Virus record (IMG/VR): IMGVR_UViG_3300027985_000843 | Span: 186,001 to 250,000 of that record | Direction: 5' to 3' (one strand) | Length of the DNA stretch: 64,000 nucleotides | Part shown: piece after piece, positions 55,754-64,000 of the stretch | Position numbering within the stretch: the first letter of the stretch is position 1 | Layout: every line of letters starts with the position of its first letter | Position numbers and translations under genes: made by a program | Notes under the pieces: generated by a model | Databases searched by the model: none | The model's input: the letters and a program-made list of their open reading frames with translations, nothing else | Told to the model about the DNA's origin: nothing

Positions 55754-56695
55754 TCACGCTCCGAAGGATGTGGCTAGGTAGGTCTTGATGTGAAAGGGCA
55801 GGTGGATGCTTCCACGCATGCGGTTCCGAAGCTGAGCAAACCCAACGAGAAGGTTGTCCAGTCGCTTGGCCCCCAGCCTCTCGCGGAACAAGGCGAGCTG
55901 GTCCCGCATGTCAACGTTGGCAAGTCGTTCGGGAGCATACGGCAGAACAGTCAGGTCCCGAAGAAGGTACTCCATAAACCGGAGCCCTTGGGCCAAGTCG
56001 TCTTCCACGGCGTCAATAGTTGAGAACAAGGGCGACAGGTCTCCGACCAACCCCATCTCAAGGAGGTTGAACATCTTCGTTCGAAGCGACAATCGGCCGG
56101 ACGCGAGGATCTGATACGCTCGGCCTACGGAACCCTCTGAAAGACGTGTGCACACAAGTGCCTTAGTGGCGTCGTTCGTGTGCTGACTCAAAAAATTCAA
56201 GATGAACGATTCGGACAAGGGGCGATAACGCACAAGACCACACCGAGAACGGATAGTCGGTATGACCGCTTCCGACGAGGTGGCAAGCAAGAAGAATCTC
56301 GTGGTGGGAGGAGGTTCCTCCAACGTCTTGAGCAGTGCGTCGGACGCTGAGACGGTCATAGTATCCGCCCCGTCAATGATAACGTAACGCACAGGAACCA
56401 TCGACGGGTATGAGGACACCAGTCGGGTAATGTCACGCACGGCATCCACTCCGATGTCCTTCTTGTCGTCAGGACGCAGAGTGATCAGATCGGGATGCAC
56501 CTCTTTGGAGATCCGGAAGCAGTTGTCGTCCTCCGGGTTACCTTTGGAGAAGGCTTCCTTTGCCGCCTCTACTACAGAGTACCGGCGACCCACCCCCTCA
56601 TCACCAATCAGCAACAGTGGCGTTGTCAACGCCCCGTCAACAACACGCCTCAGGAACCGAACACCCTCACTCTGTTCCTGGACATCGTTCAGCAT
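55754..56695 (-). CDS. holB: DNA polymerase III delta-prime subunit
   Basis: LLIGDEGVG, HPDL, IGVDAVR, LLKTLEEPP and TIRSRC. Start moved to MLNDVQ. Confidence 0.9.
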   Translation of the reverse strand: MLNDVQEQSEGVRFLRRVVDGALTTPLLLIGDEGVGRRYSVVEAAKEAFSKGNPEDDNCFRISKEVHPDLITLRPDDKKDIGVDAVRDITRLVSSYPSMVPVRYVIIDGADTMTVSASDALLKTLEEPPPTTRFFLLATSSEAVIPTIRSRCGLVRYRPLSESFILNFLSQHTNDATKALVCTRLSEGSVGRAYQILASGRLSLRTKMFNLLEMGLVGDLSPLFSTIDAVEDDLAQGLRFMEYLLRDLTVLPYAPERLANVDMRDQLALFRERLGAKRLDNLLVGFAQLRNRMRGSIHLPFHIKTYLATSFGA

Positions 56696-56867
56696 CGGCA
56701 CTCTCCAAAAGCGGGACTTGTGGCGGCGCCTCAACAGGCACCAATTGCATCACCAGCATGAAGTGCTGTCCGCAGTTTGGACAGACGAGCCGATGAGGTT
56801 CCTTGCCGCTTCTCTCCAGTGCTTCTTTACACCGAAGACACCGGACGAGGCCCAAAGAATCGGACAT
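56667..56867 (-). CDS. Small Zn-ribbon protein
   Basis: CLRC..CPNCG. Confidence 0.55.
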   Translation of the reverse strand: MSDSLGLVRCLRCKEALERSGKEPHRLVCPNCGQHFMLVMQLVPVEAPPQVPLLESADAERCPGTE

Positions 56868-56870
56868 CGA

Positions 56871-57668
56871 TCAGCTCTTGAGGAAAGTGTAGATGAGTTG
56901 GTATGGATCAGAGAGCGTGCCGTTCTTGGCACGCACGTTGTATTCCTTCATGGTCTCGACGACCTTCGACTTGGACCAGCACATGTAATAGTAGCTGGGG
57001 CCGACGAACTGGCTGAGAATGCTCTCAAGATGCCGCGTCGAGAAGGTGTTGTAAAGCCACTGGGCCAAGGCGATGTTCATGCCGTAGCCCCTAAGCTCCC
57101 ACTGGGTCCGCCATAGCGCCGGCCACGGGCACAAGCACAAGACAGCACCCAACGCCACGAGGAGGTGATACCACCCTCCGAAGTGCACGAGGAGCACACC
57201 CGTGGCGCCAAGGGCCACACCGAAGAAGGACCAGAACAGCGCGACGTGTGCCGGGCGCACAAGAGCGCCCAAGACGTAGCCGAGCAACAAGACCCCGAGG
57301 ATCCACGAGTTGATGCCCAGCATTGCGATGAGTACGCCAAGGGGTACGAGAACCAAGATCTGAGGGAACATGTACGAGAGCTTGAAGTACCAGTGCCGAT
57401 CGCTATCCCACAAGTGAACGAACTCATGGGCGAGGATGCTGAAGCTCTGGGAAGGGCTGTTCCGATAGAAGTCCCTGCTCGGAAAGTAGACCGTCTTGCC
57501 CCACGTGGTCGTGTACTTGGTGGAGAAGTCCTTGTTGAACGGAGAGGCGAGGGTGCCAAGGATCGCCATCACCTCGGATTCGTCCTTGTAGGCCACACGG
57601 AAGCCTGGGACATGGCTGGCGATGAGTGCCTCGAACTTCTCCAGCGTCTCTACGTTCAGGTTCCTCAT
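56871..57668 (-). CDS. Membrane-embedded zinc metallopeptidase-like protein
   Basis: ILAHEFVH (HExxH) followed by about four hydrophobic segments and a later ELRGY. Start moved to MRNLNV. Confidence 0.7.
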   Translation of the reverse strand: MRNLNVETLEKFEALIASHVPGFRVAYKDESEVMAILGTLASPFNKDFSTKYTTTWGKTVYFPSRDFYRNSPSQSFSILAHEFVHLWDSDRHWYFKLSYMFPQILVLVPLGVLIAMLGINSWILGVLLLGYVLGALVRPAHVALFWSFFGVALGATGVLLVHFGGWYHLLVALGAVLCLCPWPALWRTQWELRGYGMNIALAQWLYNTFSTRHLESILSQFVGPSYYYMCWSKSKVVETMKEYNVRAKNGTLSDPYQLIYTFLKS

Positions 57669-57889
57669 CCGAAGTTGACTCCTCCACCGACATTGATCGT
57701 GATGGGGTGCCCACACTCAGTACACCGGTAGAGCCGCTGGTGAGTGTTGCCAGGGATCTCAAGAATCTCGACGGTCATCGATTCACACTTCGGGTTGCGG
57801 CATTTCATGTTGGCGATCTTCTTGCCGTCGCTCCTCGGAGGGGACTGGGGAATCTTCATGCCGGGAACGAGGCCGTTGTTGTCTGACAT
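57665..57889 (-). CDS. Small Zn-ribbon protein
   Basis: CRNPKC..CTECGH, with AGGAG upstream. Confidence 0.6.
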   Translation of the reverse strand: MSDNNGLVPGMKIPQSPPRSDGKKIANMKCRNPKCESMTVEILEIPGNTHQRLYRCTECGHPITINVGGGVNFG

Positions 57890-57898
57890 TGGGTTCTC

Positions 57899-58294
57899 CT
57901 ACACATTTGACGTGGGGTAACTCTCGGTGAACAGCTGTTGAAGGACACCAAGGATCCGCTGGTAGAAGTACCAGTCCCTGCTATCCAACGTCGACCCATC
58001 AAACTGAACCTTCGGATCGAGGTATCTGAAACCAGCTGACACCGGAAACATGATGGGACTGAACGAGCCGTCTTCGACATACGGCAGGATGCGATCCCAT
58101 TCCGACGATAAGAGGACCTCGTCCACGTTGGAACCCACCAGGCGAACGTATCCAACGTTCTGGTACTTTCCCCTGGTGGCCTTCGCTTGTTTGCGAGCTA
58201 CGGCCACAATGGCCCTCGCCACCGAGGGAAGGTCCTGGTGACGAAGGCCATGCATCCGCTGGCCGAAGACTTCGAAGAGACGAGTGTCCACCAA
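57899..58294 (-). CDS. Hypothetical protein (131 aa)
   Basis: Fills the gap between groEL and the next gene. Confidence 0.5.
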   Translation of the reverse strand: MVDTRLFEVFGQRMHGLRHQDLPSVARAIVAVARKQAKATRGKYQNVGYVRLVGSNVDEVLLSSEWDRILPYVEDGSFSPIMFPVSAGFRYLDPKVQFDGSTLDSRDWYFYQRILGVLQQLFTESYPTSNV

Positions 58295-58319
58295 CCGAGC
58301 GTTCCAACAAGAAGGTCCG

Positions 58320-60397
<2,078 letters not shown>

Positions 60398-60398
60398 G

Positions 60399-60830
60399 CT
60401 ACTCCTCATCCTCCGAATCGTTCCAACCAGGGTCATCGAGCAGACGTGACCAACAAGTCGGGGACTCGGGCTGTGGGTCCAGACCAAAGATCCCCTGAAG
60501 CTCTGACTGGACCCGGCTCTCCGAAGTGTTCTGACGAAGGCCCAGACAGGATCGGATCACTTCCCCCAACGGACGAGAAGTCAGCTTGATGCGCCTGTAT
60601 GTACCATCAGGCAGAACCTCGATGATGTTGTGAGCCTTGAAGTTCAGGGCCTTGGGGAGGCTGGTAACCCTGTCCACCACGCGAGCCGATGGGCATAGGA
60701 TCGACAACCGGCCATCAAAGTGGAAACGACAGTCAGGGTACAGCTCTTGAATGCGGATGAGGGCCTCACGTCGGCGCTCCAGCTGTGACAGCAAGACGGT
60801 GACTTCACGAGCTTTGGAGGCTAAAGGCAT
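60399..60830 (-). CDS. Hypothetical protein (143 aa)
   Basis: CGGTGTA lies exactly 10 nt upstream of the ATG. Confidence 0.6.
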   Translation of the reverse strand: MPLASKAREVTVLLSQLERRREALIRIQELYPDCRFHFDGRLSILCPSARVVDRVTSLPKALNFKAHNIIEVLPDGTYRRIKLTSRPLGEVIRSCLGLRQNTSESRVQSELQGIFGLDPQPESPTCWSRLLDDPGWNDSEDEE

Positions 60831-60840
60831 GAGGGATCTC

Positions 60841-60847
60841 TACACCG
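60841..60847 (-). promoter_or_regulatory. CGGTGTA element 10 nt before ATG 60830
   Basis: Recurring motif with the same spacing. Confidence 0.65.
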
Positions 60848-60873
60848 ACAGGCAGCCTGGCTTGTTCGTTACG

Positions 60874-61461
60874 TCACGCGACGCGGAGGAAGGGAGCCCA
60901 CTCTTCGGGGGCCTGACGGGGATCGATTCTCGGACCGCACATGGGCAGAGTCTTCGGTTGTACCGGGACAGACAGCAGCTGCATCCCAGCCTCTTCCGGC
61001 GTGCGGTTCGCCTTATGGCTGTTGCAAGCAGTACAGGCCATCACAATGTTGTCCCACACAGTCTTGCCGCCCTTGCCACGAGGTACGACGTGTTCGTACT
61101 CCAGCTGGCTCATGGGCAGCACCGTGCCGCAATACTGACACGAGAAGTTGTCGCGCAGGCAGACGTTGAGCTTGCTGAACTTCACCCCGGACTTGACGGA
61201 TCGCACCTTCCGACGAAGGACGGCCACAGCCGGCACCTTGATCGTCAGGGACTCGGTGTCCGTTCCGATGACCTGCCGAAGAGCCCGACGCAACTCGGGG
61301 AACTCTCGGAGGTGATTGGGTCCGACGACGGTCACGATCTCGTCGTACTGAACGAGAACCTCGACCGTGCCACGGAACATTCGGGTGATGGCATCTTTCC
61401 AGTCCACAATCTCGTGGGGGATGTATGCCTTCGTAAGGATCAAAGTCTGCGTGAACGACAT
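60874..61461 (-). CDS. HNH endonuclease (McrA-like)
   Basis: RDNFSCQYCG..EYEHVVPRGKGG..NIVMACTACNSHK. Start moved to MSFTQT. Confidence 0.9.
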   Translation of the reverse strand: MSFTQTLILTKAYIPHEIVDWKDAITRMFRGTVEVLVQYDEIVTVVGPNHLREFPELRRALRQVIGTDTESLTIKVPAVAVLRRKVRSVKSGVKFSKLNVCLRDNFSCQYCGTVLPMSQLEYEHVVPRGKGGKTVWDNIVMACTACNSHKANRTPEEAGMQLLSVPVQPKTLPMCGPRIDPRQAPEEWAPFLRVA

Positions 61462-61524
61462 GGTAGTTACCGTTTCTTTCTCACGACTGTCTCCATAGAC
61501 GCAAGAGCTTCTCGCGTCTGACCT

Positions 61525-61553
61525 ATGAAAAAGCCCCCGACTCTCGGAGGCTT
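61525..61553 (-). terminator. Intrinsic terminator directly after the tmRNA
   Basis: Minus strand AAGCCTCCGA-GAG-TCGGGGGCTT, then TTT. Confidence 0.8.
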
Positions 61554-61919
61554 TGGTGGAGATGTGGGGAATCGAACCCCAGTCCAAGACAGCTTCAAAG
61601 TCGTCTCGCTCGCGTGCGTAGCTGGTCTACCCTTCCAGCAGGGTCACTGGCCTTTCAACCAGCATGCGGGTATTCACATTAATCTCATCCGGTGGGCATC
61701 GGACCCCTTGCAGTTTTTCACCGGACCAGCTCGTGTGGTTTACACCTCGGGGGTACTCGAACTCCTCCCCCTTCGATGGCCTGTCTCTACCTAAGCAGCG
61801 ACGGGCATTGCAGAATTGTCATTCGCAATTGTGTTCTGTCTGGTTCTTCAAGGGGGGCCTGACAAACCCCCTGCACGATCAACGTCCTCTCCACTACCCT
61901 GTCGAAACCGATCATCCCC
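61554..61919 (-). ncRNA. ssrA: tmRNA, 366 nt, tag (A)ANDNSAMPVAA
   Basis: 5' GGGGATGATCGGTTTCGAC and 3' GGGGTTCGATTCCCCACATCTCCACCA. The tag frame 61826-61791 reads gcg aat gac aat tct gca atg ccc gtc gct gct tag. Confidence 0.95.
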
Positions 61920-61964
61920 AGAGGATACGGCCATTGTAGACCCCCGAAGGGGGCGGACCGTACC

Positions 61965-62051
61965 TGGTGCTCAGGGAGGGACTTGAACCCTCACGTCCAC
62001 AAGGGACAACAGTTTTTGAAACTGCCGCGTCTGCCATTTCGCCACCTGAGC
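61965..62051 (-). tRNA. tRNA-Leu(CAA)
   Basis: Cloverleaf with anticodon loop TTCAAAA, long variable arm and encoded CCA. Confidence 0.93.
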
Positions 62052-62139
62052 AAATGTCCGCCGACCGAAGTGCCGGCAGACTGGGGGCCAAGTTTCCCTG
62101 GCACCTTCCACCACTTCCTGACCCGAGGGTCGGGGAAGA

Positions 62140-62370
62140 TCAGAACCTTATATCATGAACCCTACACCACTCGGCATAGTTGACCCACACAAATCGGTCA
62201 TGCTTGCAGTTCGGGCATGGCCTCTTGCTGGGCCTGGACCGCCATGTGTGGCCGCAGCTACAGCACTTGTAGACAGCACAACCACTGCACTGACATTCCG
62301 TACGCCACGAGCCGGACCCGGGGAACCCTTCCTCGACGGTCGTTCTCGTGATTGTCCTGCGCTTATTCAC
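62140..62370 (-). CDS. Small Zn-finger protein starting at tRNA position 76
   Basis: CCSCGH..CPNC..VWVNY. The GTG start follows the CC of the tRNA 3' end. Confidence 0.55.
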   Translation of the reverse strand: MNKRRTITRTTVEEGFPGSGSWRTECQCSGCAVYKCCSCGHTWRSRPSKRPCPNCKHDRFVWVNYAEWCRVHDIRF

Positions 62371-62446
62371 GGTGCGTCCCCCCGGATTTGAACCGAGACA
62401 CGCCCAGTTATGAGCTGGGGGCTCTGACCTATTGAGCTAGGGACGC
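62371..62446 (-). tRNA. tRNA with CAT anticodon (elongator Met or Ile2)
   Basis: Cloverleaf with loop CTCATAA and G1:C72. It lacks the three consecutive G:C anticodon-stem pairs of an initiator. The 3' end reads ACCG rather than ACCA. Confidence 0.88.
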
Positions 62447-62628
62447 GCACACTCCGCACACCGAGCCTTCTCTTTGGGCGCTTCTCCACGATACACCTTC
62501 TGGTGGCCGCATTCCAGCGTCACCGTGATGATGTCGATCCCTCGACGCCAGCTGAACGCGCCACCCCGAACCGACGTGCGATCCGGTTCCTTCTCGACCT
62601 TGCGGCCTACAATCGCTCGGTATGTCAT
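62437..62628 (-). CDS. Small Zn-binding protein with its stop codon inside the tRNA
   Basis: LECGH..RCAEC. CGGTGTA lies 10 nt upstream of the ATG. The TAG is at tRNA nt 8-10. Confidence 0.65.
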   Translation of the reverse strand: MTYRAIVGRKVEKEPDRTSVRGGAFSWRRGIDIITVTLECGHQKVYRGEAPKEKARCAECARP

Positions 62629-62638
62629 GGGAGGACCA

Positions 62639-62645
62639 TACACCG
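62639..62645 (-). promoter_or_regulatory. CGGTGTA element 10 nt before ATG 62628
   Basis: Recurring motif with the same spacing. Confidence 0.65.
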
Positions 62646-62646
62646 C

Positions 62647-62865
62647 TCAGTCGAGCGGTACCCCCTCCAGCGTCCTGTGGATGGTCCGTATGGCCCACCC
62701 CACCGCATCTTTCAAGGGGACTCGATGGAACTCCTTGCCACACTCCGTACACTGACGGAAAAACTCTCTCGTCTTGAGGTCGACATGATTCCACAAGACG
62801 CCCTTACATCCCGGGTCCTCACAAGGAGGGCCTACGGGCTCGAACTGGGGGATATTTGTTGTCAT
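62647..62865 (-). CDS. Small Zn-ribbon protein whose ATG shares the A of the tRNA CCA
   Basis: MTTNIP..CEDPGC..CTECG. Confidence 0.6.
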   Translation of the reverse strand: MTTNIPQFEPVGPPCEDPGCKGVLWNHVDLKTREFFRQCTECGKEFHRVPLKDAVGWAIRTIHRTLEGVPLD

Positions 62866-62951
62866 GGTGGCCCTCCCGGGACTCGAACCCGGACACCCAC
62901 GAGGGGTAGCGGGGTTTAAGCCCGCCGCGTCTGCCATTTCACCAGAGAGCC
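62865..62951 (-). tRNA. tRNA-Leu(TAA)
   Basis: Cloverleaf with loop CTTAAAC, long variable arm and CCA. Confidence 0.93.
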
Positions 62952-62952
62952 G

Positions 62953-63028
62953 TGGTAGCCGGTGCGAGGATCGAACTCGCCTAGAACTGCTTGTAAAACA
63001 GCCACCGTCGCCAGACGGTTCACCGGCC
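62953..63028 (-). tRNA. tRNA-Val(TAC) with atypical D arm
   Basis: 7-bp acceptor stem, 5-bp T stem, loop TTTACAA, A73 and CCA. D arm is ACCGTC-TGGC-GACGGT. Confidence 0.8.
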
Positions 63029-63550
63029 GTGAAGCACCTCCTGCACCCACAAGGTGTTGAGGCGGAGAATCTCCTCCCCGATGCGACGATTGATCTCTCG
63101 GTGGGCCTCGTACATACGGGGCGTAAACTTCCTGTATCGCAAGTGATCCATAGCGGTGCAATCATTCTTGACCCTAGCCCACCCCCACTTGGCGTCAACC
63201 TTCTGACCCCACAACAGAAGAGGCACCGCTTCATACCCGTCGTAGACGTAGTACGGGACGGGTTCGGGGATGCCCTTGAACGCCCGTCGACGGCCAATTT
63301 TACGGGCGATCCACCGAACGACGCAGAAGCCATACTCGCGATCCCGGCCACCAGCTCCATACTCGAAGCCGATACGGCACTTCCCACGGTCGTACACCAG
63401 CTCCTTCTCGGTGAGAGGGCCGTGGATGCCGGAGGTCTCCCAGCTCAAGCCCATGAAGGTGTGAAAGGGTCGGTAGTTCAGGCTCAAGAACTCGACCATC
63501 CTGGCCTGAGCCTTGCGACTCCGGCAGGGCACTGCGATGGCGTAGCCCAT
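63020..63550 (-). CDS. Hypothetical protein (176 aa) with its stop codon inside tRNA-Val
   Basis: Starts 1 nt after the upstream stop. The TGA is at tRNA nt 7-9. Confidence 0.65.
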   Translation of the reverse strand: MGYAIAVPCRSRKAQARMVEFLSLNYRPFHTFMGLSWETSGIHGPLTEKELVYDRGKCRIGFEYGAGGRDREYGFCVVRWIARKIGRRRAFKGIPEPVPYYVYDGYEAVPLLLWGQKVDAKWGWARVKNDCTAMDHLRYRKFTPRMYEAHREINRRIGEEILRLNTLWVQEVLHGR

Positions 63551-63551
63551 G

Positions 63552-63830
63552 CTAGTCCTCGTTCAAGGTGCCCTTGTTGAGGATCAAAAGGCTCATAATC
63601 ACGAACCCCTCTTCAAGACCAGGGAACTCCCCGTGCTTCAAGAGGTGCGTCACCTTCGCGACCACATGTCGACCGGTGAACTTCTTCGTGATGGGGTTCC
63701 ATTCATGCAGGTCCAACAGAGACCCGACCTCGAAGCCACGGTCATCCTTCCGCAGCTCGTAGGTCTTGATACCGTCCCAGACAGCCATGAAAGCCGAGGG
63801 CCATGTCTTGAGCCTATGTAGCTTCTGCAT
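63552..63830 (-). CDS. DUF3850/ASCH-like (PUA-fold) protein
   Basis: HRLKTWP..F..V..G.KTYELRKDDRGFEVG..L.L.EW..TGR. TGGTGTA lies 10 nt upstream of the ATG. Confidence 0.8.
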   Translation of the reverse strand: MQKLHRLKTWPSAFMAVWDGIKTYELRKDDRGFEVGSLLDLHEWNPITKKFTGRHVVAKVTHLLKHGEFPGLEEGFVIMSLLILNKGTLNED

Positions 63831-63840
63831 GACCCTAAGA

Positions 63841-63847
63841 TACACCA
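63841..63847 (-). promoter_or_regulatory. TGGTGTA element 10 nt before ATG 63830
   Basis: Recurring motif with the same spacing. Confidence 0.6.
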
Positions 63848-63848
63848 C

Positions 63849-63935
63849 TGGTCGGCACGGGGGGAATTGAACCCCCACGGTCGCGAGGACCACCAGGGCC
63901 TAAACCTGGCGCGGCTGCCATTACGCCACGTGCCG
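63849..63935 (-). tRNA. tRNA-Leu(TAG)
   Basis: Cloverleaf with loop TTTAGGC, long variable arm and CCA. Confidence 0.92.
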
Positions 63936-64000
63936 GTGCACGGCGCGGGAATCGAACCCGCCTATGCCATCGCGTGAAGATGGTGCCCTCCCAGAGTGCT
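63936..64000 (-). tRNA. tRNA-Val(CAC), partial (5' end beyond the window), atypical D arm
   Basis: Anticodon arm CCATC-TTCACGC-GATGG, T arm GCGGG-TTCGATT-CCCGC and A73. Confidence 0.75.

Noticed and set aside
7900-57730. Intragenic CGGTGTA copies (about 7903, 33213, 40987, 42496, 57721)
   Set aside because: They lie mid-gene without a supported gene start at the characteristic spacing, and several chance copies of a 7-mer are expected in 64 kb.
60874-61919. IscB/HEARO-type RNA-guided HNH system
   Set aside because: The protein is 195 aa with no PLMP or split RuvC motifs, and the adjacent RNA is a clear tmRNA.
62953-63028. tRNA-Sec or suppressor tRNA
   Set aside because: The anticodon is TAC, the acceptor stem is 7 bp and the variable loop is short. 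Only the D arm is Sec-like.

Overview
This window is a 64-kb segment of a large, GC-rich tailed phage genome, not a bacterial chromosome. Almost all genes are on the minus strand. Left to right it holds: (i) the end of a fibre/virion-protein region, including a 696-codon LamG/CBM-like ORF that runs off the left edge and is missing from the ORF track; (ii) a head module with an HK97-fold major capsid protein resembling the Bxz1-type capsid, a decoration protein, scaffold, prohead protease, portal and terminases, plus many internal-protein-like ORFs and an inserted ung + vWA cassette; (iii) a tandem sigma-region-4 protein and a NusG/5'-3' exonuclease fusion at the boundary of the structural and replication modules; (iv) a bacterial-type replication/recombination module (DnaX, HolA, HolB, probable beta clamp, TOPRIM primase, split SbcC + SbcD, Cas4/AddB-like nuclease, RecA, RuvC, SSB, RecD2, NAD-dependent ligase, class II RNR); (v) GroEL, an HNH endonuclease, a tmRNA and a tRNA cluster interleaved with small ORFs. 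The most striking observations are these. In the tRNA cluster, ORF stop codons sit inside tRNA 5' ends and start codons begin exactly at tRNA position 76, upstream of a co-oriented tmRNA. A recurring YGGTGTA element lies 10 nt before many start codons and probably marks leaderless promoters. There is a NusG-flap-nuclease fusion, two tRNA-Val genes with tRNA-Sec-like D arms, a K/R-x-A-S motif and an R-V-V-A-R-F/Y motif shared across head proteins, and a truncated capsid paralogue in the replication module. All homology calls come from motif recognition by eye. No searches were run.
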